Positions 11,230-21,049 of a stretch of DNA of 40,210 nucleotides are shown one piece after another. The stretch comes from Octopus bimaculoides (lineage: Eukaryota), in assembly GCF_001194135.2 (NCBI RefSeq), contig NC_068994.1, forward strand, positions 14,042,764 through 14,082,973, read 5' to 3'. The notes beneath the pieces were generated by a model, which saw nothing but the letters and a program-made list of their open reading frames with translations, had not been told where the DNA came from and ran no database searches. Numbering within the stretch: the first letter of the stretch is position 1; each line of letters begins with the position of its first letter. The translations under genes were made by a program, and so were the position numbers.

Positions 11230-11456
11230 GAAATTTGGGTAATTTTTCAGATTATCACCCGCACAATTACCTAACCCTAACCCTAATCCCTAAAACCCTG
11301 ACCCTAAAACCGTAAACGCAACACTAACCATAACCCCTAACCCTAAACCCTAACCGTAACTGTAAGCCTAAAACCTTAACCCTAACCCTAAAACTCTAAC
11401 CCTAACACCCTAGTGAAAATCGTGCGGGTGTTAATCTGAAAAATTACCGAAATTTG
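11230..11456. mobile_element. MITE with ~38-bp TIRs, TA flanks and a degenerate (TAACCC)n core
   Basis: AAATTTGGGTAATTTTTCAGATTATCACCCGCACAATT (11231-11268) versus AATCGTGCGGGTGTTAATCTGAAAAATTACCGAAATTT (11418-11455). TA at 11228-11229 and 11457-11458. Confidence 0.75.
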
Positions 11457-12717
11457 TAAGATTTGGCTGTTATTTCTAGCATGTGGAGAGACCTTCTATG
11501 CTTTACTTTGTGGGCTGGTTGAAAATCACCTAAAAAAGATTCTGCAGTCGATACATTTGACTAAAAATTCTTCAAGGCGGTGCTTCAACAAAGAATAACC
11601 AAAAAAATATAACCAAGGGAGTTGGCTGTTATTTCTAGCATGTCGAGAGACCTTCTAGGCNNNNNNNNNNNNNNNNNNNNNNNNNNNNNNNNNNNNNNNN
11701 NNNNNNNNNNNNNNNNNNNNNNNNNNNNNNNNNNNNNNNNNNNNNNNNNNNNNNNNNNNNNNNNNNNNNNNNNNNNNNNNNNNNNNNNNNNNNNNNNNNN
11801 NNNNNNNNNNNNNNNNNNNNNNNNNNNNNNNNNNNNNNNNNNNNNNNNNNNNNNNNNNNNNNNNNNNNNNNNNNNNNNNNNNNNNNNNNNNNNNNNNNNN
11901 NNNNNNNNNNNNNNNNNNNNNNNNNNNNNNNNNNNNNNNNNNNNNNNNNNNNNNNNNNNNNNNNNNNNNNNNNNNNNNNNNNNNNNNNNNNNNNNNNNNN
12001 NNNNNNNNNNNNNNNNNNNTATACATATATATATTTATATATGTAAGAACGACCGTGCGAACTCAAAAAGGAGAAATGGTGACGAATGGAAAAAACAGAG
12101 GACTCCTTTTATTTAAACGCGTCGCACGGTCGAACACACAAAATAATATATATTAAAGATGATATACAAATATGTTATACTACGATAACATATGTGAATT
12201 CGTAAATACCAGTAATGAAGAGACAATAGAAGGCAACCGTATAAGATGAATAACAGAGGTATATATATATGGTTAAGTATATAAATATGTATATATGTAT
12301 GTATATATTATATATATGTCTGTATATTGTACTTTGGGATGGTCATTTCATTTATTATTATTATTATTATTTATTTTTGCCAAATAAACGCATGCACTAT
12401 ACATATATATATTTCTTTTCTTCGCTCATTTATTACTATTATTTTATTATTTTTATTATTTTGATGCCTATCCATTGTCCAGAAATCTTTCTTCATGCAT
12501 CTGTAACCTCTTCAACAACACTTTTCGTTGCCATGTGCTTTCTTGCTGCACTCACTCCATTCTGTTCTGCTAAGATGTGTATCTTTATGTGCACCTACGT
12601 TTGTGTCCTTGTTTGTTTGTTTGTGTGTGTGGGGCCTTCCTCTCACCCCGTTGTGCTGTTGCCCTAAGACCTGAGAAATAAAAAAAATAAAGGGAAAGTA
12701 CAGTTCTTGTACTCCCT

Positions 12718-12811
12718 TCTCTCTCTTTCTCTCTTTACTCTTTTACTTGTTTCAGTCATTTGACTGCAGCCATGCTGGAGCACCGCCTTTAGTCGAGCAA
12801 ATCAACCCCAG
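12718..12811 (-). mobile_element. Family A SINE 3' tail
   Basis: TTTACTCTTTTACTTGTTTCAGTCATTTGACTGCAGCCATGCTGGAGCACCGCC. Confidence 0.85.
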
Positions 12812-12963
12812 TGTTCACCTATACACTCTCCTATGCTGCGTGCAGTTTCTCCTTTGTAGGTAGTTGTCATGTTTCTGCACCATCCCTCAGTACATCGTAA
12901 GCTATACACTACATTCCTAGGAATATATATATATATACATACATATATATATGTGTTCTGAGG

Positions 12964-12964
<1 letters not shown>

Positions 12965-13003
<39 letters not shown>

Positions 13004-13709
13004 GTTTAACGTCCGCTTTCCATGCTAGCATGGGTTGGACGATTTGACTGAGGACTGGTGAAACCGGATGGCAACACCAGGCTCCAGTCTGATTTGGCAG
13101 AGTTTCTACAGCTGGATGCCCTTCCTAACGCCAACCACTCAGAGAGTGTAGTGGGTGCTTTTACGTGTCNNNNNNNNNNNNNNNNNNNNNNNNNNNNNNN
13201 NNNNNNNNNNNNNNNNNNNNNNNNNNNNNNNNNNNNNNNNNNNNNNNNNNNNNNNNNNNNNNNNNNNNNNNNNNNNNNNNNNNNNNNNNNNNNNNNNNNN
13301 NNNNNNNNNNNNNNNNNNNNNNNNNNNNNNNNNNNNNNNNNNNNNNNNNNNNNNNNNNNNNNNNNNNNNNNNNNNNNNNNNNNNNNNNNNNNNNNNNNNN
13401 NNNNNNNNNNNNNNNNNNNNNNNNNNNNNNNNNNNNNNNNNNNNNNNNNNNNNNNNNNNNNNNNNNNNNNNNNNNNNNNNNNNNNNNNNNNNNNNNNNNN
13501 NNNNNNNNNNNNNNNNNNNNNNNNNNNNNNNNNNNNNNNNNNNNNNNNNNNNNNNNNNNNNNNNNNNNNNNNNNNNNNNNNNNNNNNNNNNNNNNNNNNN
13601 NNNNNNNNNNNNNNNNNNNNNNNNNNNNNNNNNNNNNNNNNNNNNNNNNNNNNNNNNNNNNNNNNNNNNNNNNNNNNNNNNNNTGGCTTGCCGGGTCTTC
13701 TCACGCACA
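12965..13709 (-). mobile_element. 5'-truncated RTE LINE (3' UTR plus last codons), spanning a gap
   Basis: (CAT)n tail and 3' UTR as at 18366. The 13684-13709 segment encodes VREKTRQA, the ORF C-terminus. Confidence 0.85.
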
Positions 13710-13734
13710 ATATATATATATATATTATTTTTTA

Positions 13735-14040
13735 TTTATGTGCCCTTTTAAAGCCTAGCCAGGCTCACGGGCCCAGCTTTCCTGGTTTCTATGACGTTTA
13801 TGTTCCCTCGGGCTGGACGGGATGCTAGTCCATCACAGCATTACTCAAGAACCAAGAAGAAAGAGTGAGAGAAAGGTGGGCGAAAGAGTACAACAGGGGT
13901 CGCCACCACCCCCTGCCAGAGCCTCGTGGGTCTTTAGGTGTTTTCACTCAATAAACACACACAACACCCGGTCTGGGAATCGAAACTGCGATCCTCCGAC
14001 TGCGATTCCGCTGCCCTAACCACTGGGTCATTGCACCTCC
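13735..14040 (-). mobile_element. tRNA-derived SINE: family C head joined to a different (V-like) 3' module
   Basis: 13847-14040 matches the family C head (22230-22422). 13741-13846 reads GAGTAATGCTGTGATGGACTAGCATCCCGTCCAG... on the minus strand, homologous to 21050-21125. Confidence 0.75.
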
Positions 14041-14985
14041 ACATATATGTGTGTGTGTATGTGAGAGCGTGTATGTGCATGTGGAAAATGCTGGTGACAT
14101 TGACATGTGCATGTGTAGGTGCTGGGAAGTGGTCAGTGCTAGTGTGTGAGCTGGTGTGGATGCTGGGAAGTGGTTAGTGCTATACACATACATATACATA
14201 TATATATAAATATATATATATATATANNNNNNNNNNNNNNNNNNNNNNNNNNNNNNNNNNNNNNNNNNNNNNNNNNNNNNNNNNNNNNNNNNNNNNNNNN
14301 NNNNNNNNNNNNNNNNNNNNNNNNNNNNNNNNNNNNNNNNNNNNNNNNNNNNNNNNNNNNNNNNNNNNNNNNNNNNNNNNNNNNNNNNNNNNNNNNNNNN
14401 NNNNNNNNNNNNNNNNNNNNNNNNNNNNNNNNNNNNNNNNNNNNNNNNNNNNNNNNNNNNNNNNNNNNNNNNNNNNNNNNNNNNNNNNNNNNNNNNNNNN
14501 NNNNNNNNNNNNNNNNNNNNNNNNNNNNNNNNNNNNNNNNNNNNNNNNNNNNNNNNNNNNNNNNNNNNNNNNNNNNNNNNNNNNNNNNNNNNNNNNNNNN
14601 NNNNNNNNNNNNNNNNNNNNNNNNNNNNNNNNNNNNNNNNNNNNNNNNNNNNNNNNNNNNNNNNNNNNNNNNNNNNNNNNNNNNNNNNNNNNNNNNNNNN
14701 NNNNNNNNNNNNNNNNNNNNNNNNNNNNNNNNNNNNTGGTAATTAATCATATATTAATTAATATCGATTAATTATCAGGAGGCCAGCACATCTAAAGAAT
14801 CAAAGAGATTCAGAAATAGTATCTGCAATCTCAGGGGATTAAGGTACATTTTTAAAAAATAACGTTGACCACTAACGTGGACAATTAATGTGCTAGAAAT
14901 AGATCACATCTTGTGTCTATTAAGACCTAAATTGTTCTCAACATGAAATATAGCAGCATACCAAAACGTGAGCGGGCAAGACTAA

Positions 14986-15082
14986 GCTTACAAAGAATAA
15001 GTCCTGGGGTCGATTTGTTCGACTAAATGCGGTGCTCCAGCATGGCCACAGTCAAATGACTGAACCAAGTAAATGAGTAAAT
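14986..15082 (+). mobile_element. Family A SINE 3' tail
   Basis: GCTTACAAAGAATAAGTCCTGGGGTCGATTTG...CAGCATGGCCACAGTCAAATGACTGAA. Confidence 0.85.
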
Positions 15083-15311
15083 ACGTACATACATACATAC
15101 ATACATACGCACATACATACATATAAACTTTTAAAATAACGTGCATGCACACACACACACACACACACAAATATACTAGTGAATAACATATGATCTTTAT
15201 CTTTCCAGTTTCAAAACAATGGCTCTTTTAGGGAAATAATTTGGATGCATTTCTTACCAACCTGACCTGTTACCAGTTAATTAAAGTTTAATTCAATGCT
15301 GCTTTGTTGCC

Positions 15312-16391
15312 ATGGAAGTGGAGCTCCTCACTGATAATAATGTCACGCTGCTTCCTTCATGCAGTGATGTGTCTGATGATGACTTTACTCAAACCAATTC
15401 TGAATCCCAAGACTTGTTCCCTTGTGAGATATGTGGTAAAATATACCTGACTGAGAATAAAATCAGAAAGCATAGTGCAACTCATACAAGACTTAACTGC
15501 TACTTATGTAACATTTGCCATCATAGATTCTCTGATATTAACCACTTGAAACGACATTTAAAAGTCCATGATGAATTCAAAGAATTATGCTGTGAAATTT
15601 GTGGACATGAGTTTAGTAACAGTCGTAAACTGAATTTACACAGGAAGACACACGTAGGTGGAAGACCGTTTGATTGTGTGTTTTGTGGCCAAAGCTTTTC
15701 TGATGCTAACAACTTGAAACACCATGCTAAAGCACATACTGGAGGAAAACCATACAGTTGTGATGTCTGCGGACACTGTTTTGACACGAAGGGCAAATTA
15801 CAAATCCATCACAGAAAGCACACTGGGGAAAAGCCATTCAGCTGTGAAATATGTGATAAAGATTTTGCAACTAAGGGTCACTTGTCGAAACATCGAAGAA
15901 TACACAGTGGTATAAAATGCTTCCATTGTAAAAGTTGTGGCAAAGATTTTCTGAAAAACGAAGACTTGAAAATTCATGTGAGGACCCATACAGGGGAAAG
16001 ACCTTTTTATTGCAAAATCTGCTGGAAAGGTTTTATTACCAACAGCCAGTTAAACAGGCACTTAAAGATTCACACTAAAGAGAGACCATTCCATTGTGAT
16101 GTATGTGGTAGAAACTTCATACGTAATGATAACCTTAGGAGACATATTAAGACTCACACGGGGGAGAAATCGTTTTACTGTGAGATGTGTGGTAAAGGGT
16201 TTCGTGACAGTGCTCATTTGAAAAGACATTATCGCATACACATTGATGACAAACATTTCTGTTGTGACATTTGTGGGAAAACGTTCATGACAAACAGCAG
16301 GTTGAGAACTCATTTAAAAACACATGAAGCTGATTTCCCACATGTCACATTCAGTGAGAGTGTGTCATTTTCTTTGACTGAATCAAACTAA
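15312..16391 (+). CDS. C2H2 zinc-finger protein, 359 aa, 11 tandem fingers
   Basis: GCCATGG start context. Eleven CxxC-x12-HxxxH units with TGEKPF/TGERPF/TGGKPY-type linkers; acidic N-terminal leader; no KRAB/BTB domain seen. A candidate acceptor (TCTTTATCTTTCCAG, AG at 15207-15208) suggests an upstream 5' exon. Confidence 0.95.
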   Translation: MEVELLTDNNVTLLPSCSDVSDDDFTQTNSESQDLFPCEICGKIYLTENKIRKHSATHTRLNCYLCNICHHRFSDINHLKRHLKVHDEFKELCCEICGHEFSNSRKLNLHRKTHVGGRPFDCVFCGQSFSDANNLKHHAKAHTGGKPYSCDVCGHCFDTKGKLQIHHRKHTGEKPFSCEICDKDFATKGHLSKHRRIHSGIKCFHCKSCGKDFLKNEDLKIHVRTHTGERPFYCKICWKGFITNSQLNRHLKIHTKERPFHCDVCGRNFIRNDNLRRHIKTHTGEKSFYCEMCGKGFRDSAHLKRHYRIHIDDKHFCCDICGKTFMTNSRLRTHLKTHEADFPHVTFSESVSFSLTESN

Positions 16392-16658
16392 TATTCACCT
16401 CTTCGTTAAATCCTAATTGGACTACTGCTACACTGTAAATTTTTGTATGATGCACCCATTATACGAACACATACACTTTATGTAACGCATTAGCAAAAGA
16501 AGGCTGTCCTTCTAATAACAAGTAATCCGTTACTCATCAACACTGTACTCCATTTAACCACTGTAAAGCTGTGTACTCTCTTTGCCTCTTTTACCACTAC
16601 TGGAATGGTCCACCCTTCACTAGATTTGTTGAAACACCACTAATGTCTCTGTGTCTAG

Positions 16659-16803
16659 TGTTAGGAAGGGCATCCAACTGTAGAAAACGTGTCAGAGTTG
16701 ACACTGGAGCTCAGCACAGCCTTGAGATTTGCTACTCTCTGTCAAACCATCCATCCCATGCCAGCATAAAAAAACGAACGTTAAATGATGATAATGATGA
16801 TGA
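16659..16803 (+). mobile_element. Diverged RTE-type 3' tail in the putative ZNF 3' UTR
   Basis: GTTAGGAAGGGCATCCAACTGTAGAAA...CCCATGCCAGCAT...CGTTAAATGATGATAATGATG. Confidence 0.75.
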
Positions 16804-17124
16804 GCACCAATGTACCTGTTTCTCTTCCTTCTACCACCCCACATCCTGTTACACTGTACTAAACAGTCTTTTTCCCTGTTCTTTCTTACCTTGCCTTTTG
16901 TTTTTTACAAATGGCTTAAACAGAAAAAGGAAGGGCAGTGTTCCTGGTCCTTTTAAGATCTTCCTCTAAGACAGGTGTGAAGAAGTGAGGAAGCTAATTT
17001 CAAACCAAAGACATCACTCAAATGCCTGCAACAGAGTGGATTGCACTAAAGACAGGTCCAAGCACCAAGTGGATGGCATCAAATAATTGGTTGACAGACT
17101 CCTGATCAACTTTTGTTTTCCATT

Positions 17125-17385
17125 CTTTTCTATTGTTACTATAATGGCCTCCATTCCTCAGAGCTCATATCTCTACAACTCAAGTACTCCCTGACACATT
17201 CATCTTTCCACCTCTCAACCACTTTTTGTGCATACAACACTCTTAGTTTTGCACTAACCACTATGTCCAGTCCTTCCTCCCCATGACATCAGCCTTCTGG
17301 AATCTTTTCCCTGCTCATGTCTTTCTTGCAGGTATTGATCTGCAATGGTTTTTAAATGAAATATTATCGTCAAGCTCACCAGTTT
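17125..17385 (+). pseudogene. CR1/Jockey-group LINE ORF2 C-terminal remnant
   Basis: LFYCYYNGLHSSEL (17125) and TSAFWNLFPAHVF...DLQWF resemble the LFYRYY..CSSEL and RTSxLWNxLP.....DLQxFK motifs that follow the RT domain. Confidence 0.6.
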
Positions 17386-17570
17386 TAAAGGGCCTGGAAG
17401 AGACACAGGCATTTCTCCTTTCTCCAGACTTAAGTAAAAACAAAAACCAATCTATGAGAGTACAAACTGAATGTTATCTACTTCATCTTCATCTAGTTAT
17501 CAGTACCCTTCCTTCCTTCAATGTGGAAAGTGCTTAGACCAGTGATTCTTAATAAGGATCTATTGGGGGT

Positions 17571-17782
17571 CTCTCTTTACTCTTTTACTTGTTTCAGTCA
17601 TTTGACTGTGGCCATGCTGGAGCACCGCCTTTAGTCGAGCAAGTTGACCCCAGGACTTATTCTTTGTAAGCCTAGTACTTATTCTATCGGTCTCATTTGC
17701 CGAACCGCCAAGTTTCTGGGACGCAAACACACCAGCATCGGTTGTCAAGCAATGTTGGGGGGACAAACATATACACACACAT

Positions 17783-17836
<54 letters not shown>

Positions 17837-18002
17837 GTACGACGGGCTTCTTTCAGTTTCCGTCTACTAAATCCACTCACAAGGCTTTGGTCGGCCCGAG
17901 GCTATAGTAGAAGACACTTGCCCAAGATGCCACGCAGTGGGACTGAATCCGGAATCATGTGGTTCGTAAGCAAATTACTTACCACACAGCCGCCCCTACG
18001 CC
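17571..18002 (-). mobile_element. Full-length family A SINE
   Basis: Complete head-to-tail match to 653-1050 with an internal (TA)n tract. Confidence 0.9.
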
Positions 18003-18057
18003 TATAAAAAATTTTGTTGTTAAAATTTATCTGCAAATTATTAGTTGTACTTCTAGA

Positions 18058-18166
18058 TGTGGCTGTGTGGTAAGAAGTTTGCTTCCCAACCACATGGTTC
18101 TGGGTTCAGATCCACTGCATGGCACTCTGGGAAAGTGCCTTCTACTGTAGCCTGGGGCCGACCAAA
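18058..18166 (+). mobile_element. Family A SINE head fragment
   Basis: TGGCTGTGTGGTAAG...GGGTTCAGATCC...GGGAAAGTGCCTTCTACTGTAGCC. Confidence 0.75.
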
Positions 18167-18169
18167 AAC

Positions 18170-18222
18170 AAGGTGAATAAATAAGCATTTTATTGGACAG
18201 AATAATCTGAATGCTTAAGGGG
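18170..18222 (+). mobile_element. Right end of a piggyBac-like (TTAA) MITE
   Basis: AATAAGCATT...AATCTGAATGCTTAAGGGG|TTAA matches the right end of the element at 37715-37931. Confidence 0.6.
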
Positions 18223-18365
18223 TTAATTATAAAAATATGATAAAACTTTTTTAAACATCAAATGGCTATGAGGATCCCGTAGAGTTAGATAGGGATCAGA
18301 AGGGTCCAAGGGTAAAAAAGAAAGTGGTCTAGACTAATTCCTTGTTCTGCTATTCAGATTCATTA

Positions 18366-18935
18366 ATCATCATCATCATCGTTTAACGTCCGCTTTCCAT
18401 GCTAGCATGGGTTGGACGATTTGACTGAGGACTGATGAAACCGGATGGCAACACCAGGCTCCAATCTAATTTGGCAGAGTTTCTACAGCTGGATGCCCTT
18501 CCTAACGCCAACCACTCAGAGAGTGTAGTGGGTGCTTTTACGTGTCATCCGCACGAAAACGGCCACGCTCGAAATGGTGTCTTTTATGTGCCACCTGCAC
18601 AAGCCAGTCCAGGGGCACTGGCATGATCTCGCTCGAAAATCCTACGGGAGCCAGTCAGGCGGTACTGGCAACGGCCACGCTCAAAATGGTGCATCTCATG
18701 TGCCACCCGCACAAGAGCCAGTCCAGGGGCACTGGCAACGATCTTACTTGGCTTGCCGGGTCTTCTCACGCACAGCACATTTCCAAAGGTCTCGGTCAGT
18801 AGTCATCGCCTCGGTGAAGCCCAATGTACGAAGGTCTTGCATCACCACCTCAGCCCAGATCTTCCTGGGCCTACCTCTTCCACGGGTTCCCTCAACTGTT
18901 AGGGTGTGGCACTTTTTCACGCAGCTATCCTCATA
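18366..18935 (-). mobile_element. 5'-truncated RTE-clade LINE: ORF C-terminus, 3' UTR with internal duplication, (GAT)n tail
   Basis: Minus strand 18932-18744 encodes EDSCVKKCHTLTVEGTRGRGRPRKIWAEVVMQDLRTLGFTEAMTTDRDLWKCAVREKTRQAK*, the typical RTE GRGRP..W....D....DR..W motif. Confidence 0.9.
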
Positions 18936-19128
18936 AAAGAAATTTATATCAAAAGTGATGTAGGCACAAACATAGGTTTATGGATAGAATTTACTATGAA
19001 ACTACAAGTCTTTTGTTCTGTCGCACCGTGTGGCACCATGGGCAAGTGTCTTCTACTGTAGTCTGACCAGTGCCTTATGAATGAAATTGGTTAACAAGAA
19101 CTATATGGAGGCCTGGCCCTTCACCATA

Positions 19129-19162
<34 letters not shown>

Positions 19163-19232
19163 TCCCACCCCACTCTCTCCATCTGAGGTGGCCATGTCTT
19201 TCTTCAAATGCCAAATTCCTCAATACTACACA

Positions 19233-19566
19233 TGGAGTTGCATGGTTTAGTGGTCAGGGTACTGGATTCTTGGTTGTAAAATTGTGGTTTCGATTCCTAG
19301 ACTGAGCAATGCATTGTGTTCTTGAGCAAAACATTTCATTTCACGTTGCACCAGTCCACTCAGCTGGCCAAAATGAGTAATCCGGTGCCACTACACTCTC
19401 GGAGTGGTTGGCGTTAGGAAGGGCATCCAGCTGTAGAAACTCTGCCAAATCAGATTTGAGCCTGGTGTCACCTCCTGGTCCACCAGTCTTCAGTCAAATC
19501 GTCCAACCCATGCTAGCATGGAAAGCGGACGTTAAACGACTATGATGATGATGATGATGATGATGA
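19233..19566 (+). mobile_element. Chimera: family G tRNA/CORE-like SINE head (19233-19383) plus RTE 3' tail (19388-19566)
   Basis: TGGTTTAGTGG (box A-like), GGTTTCGATTCC (box B), TTCTTGAGCAAAACATTT (CORE-like), then CCACTACACTCTCGGAGTGGTTGGCGTTAGG...(GAT)n. Confidence 0.75.
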
Positions 19567-20021
19567 TATATGCCCATGAAACCGGCAAACCAGCCCTTAT
19601 GAGTTAGTATGACTCACAAAGGTAACTCTCTCTCTACGCTAACCACTATTACTCACCAGGCTCTGATCAGCCAAAGGCTATAGGAGACAACATTTTCCAG
19701 AGATGCTGTGTAACGAAACCTGAGACTACATACAGCTGTACTTATATGTACAGCAGTAAAAACAGGAAGCAGTTGTAAGTATTCAAGTGTTTTAGGTACG
19801 CAAGCAATAGGAAAGGCTAGAAAATGTTTGCATTAGATAACGCAGCCCTAGATAACTTTAAAATAATTGCATGGTCACAGCCGGAATGCTTTTGTTCATA
19901 GGTGTGTTACAATGTATGTTCTCTCTAAGTGGTGTGCTGGTGCATGCACATAAATGTTTTACAACTGGTGCACAAAGGCAAAAATGTGTGTACAAGATTT
20001 ACAAGATGAAATTAAAGAAGT

Positions 20022-20418
20022 GATTTCTTAAATTCTCAAATGCAGGATAATGCTAATAATATAGCCTGAACAGGATAAACTACCCCTATTTTGCAGAAAA
20101 AAGTGTGGGCGGCCAGCTATGAGACACGAACTCACACCTCCATGATTACGCGTCGCTGTGCTCTAACCGATTAAGCTAAACTACCCACCGCAAATTTAAG
20201 ATGTATAGAAATCTTGCTTTATGAGATGCTATCATATGTTAAATTCAAATTACGATAAACGTAAACAAACAAATGAAGTTTGCTTTTAGAAGCGTTGAGA
20301 TGTCTTAGAAAGTTAAAGAAATGATTTTAAATTCTCAAACGCAGGATAATGCTAATAATATAGCCTGAACAGGGTAAACTACCTCTATTTTGCAGAAAAA
20401 AGTGTAGGCGGCCAGCCA
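20022..20418. repeat. About 300-bp local tandem duplication containing a tRNA-like gene
   Basis: AAATTCTCAAA(T/C)GCAGGATAATGCTAATAATATAGCCTGAACAGG...GCAGAAAAAAGTGT(G/A)GGCGGCCAGC occurs at about 20030-20117 and 20330-20417. Confidence 0.85.
20111..20185 (-). tRNA. tRNA-like pseudogene (CGT at the apparent anticodon, Thr-like)
   Basis: GGTAGTT TA GCTT AATCGGTTA GAGC ... CGTAA ... GTGAG TTCGTGT CTCAT AGCTGGC. D and T arms are recognisable, the anticodon stem is mismatched, and T6 lies about 9 nt downstream (20097-20102). Confidence 0.6.
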
Positions 20419-20461
20419 TTATTTTTTTTTGAAGAATTAATCTTAAAATTTCATAATAGAA

Positions 20462-20861
20462 TCTTCTTTTACTTGTTTCAGTCATTTGACTGTGGCCATG
20501 ATGGGGCACCGCCTTGAAGGGTTTTAGTTGAACAAATCGACCTTGGGGCTTATTTTTGGTTTTAGTCTTAGTACTTATTCTATCTGTGTCTTTTGCCAAA
20601 CTGCTAAGTTACAGGGACATAAATACACCAATATCAGTTGTCAAGCAGTGGTGGGGGACAAACACAGACACAAAGACACACACACACACACACACACATG
20701 ATGGGCTTCTTTCAGTTTCTGTCTACCAAATCCACTCACAAGGCTTTGGTTGGTCCAAGGCTATAGTAGAAGACACTTGCCCAAGGTGCCATGCAGTGGG
20801 ACTGATCTCAAAACCATGTGGTTGGGAAGCAAGCTACTTACCACACAATCACACCTGCACC
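20462..20861 (-). mobile_element. Full-length family A SINE variant
   Basis: Head-to-tail homology to 17571-18002 with an internal (CA)n tract. Confidence 0.85.
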
Positions 20862-21049
20862 TTAGTGATATACAATTGAATATGGTATGCATTTGCTCAG
20901 GTGATTAATACAGCATTTGAGCAATGGTTACTCACCTGAATGTGTTCATACTTTGCAAAGAAAGATAAAATTAAGCACACAAGAAATTTCAGCAAATATT
21001 TAAAAAAGAAATGGATAAAGATCCTTCTTGAGTTGGATATAGATTCAAA

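Noticed and set aside
11269-11412. True telomere or chromosome fusion site
   Set aside because: The array is short, highly degenerate, single-orientation and enclosed by TIRs, so it is better explained as a MITE interior.
18435-18936. Plus-strand ORFs (63-134 aa) in the track
   Set aside because: They are antisense to the RTE 3' UTR and ORF end; the meaningful frame is on the minus strand (18932-18744).
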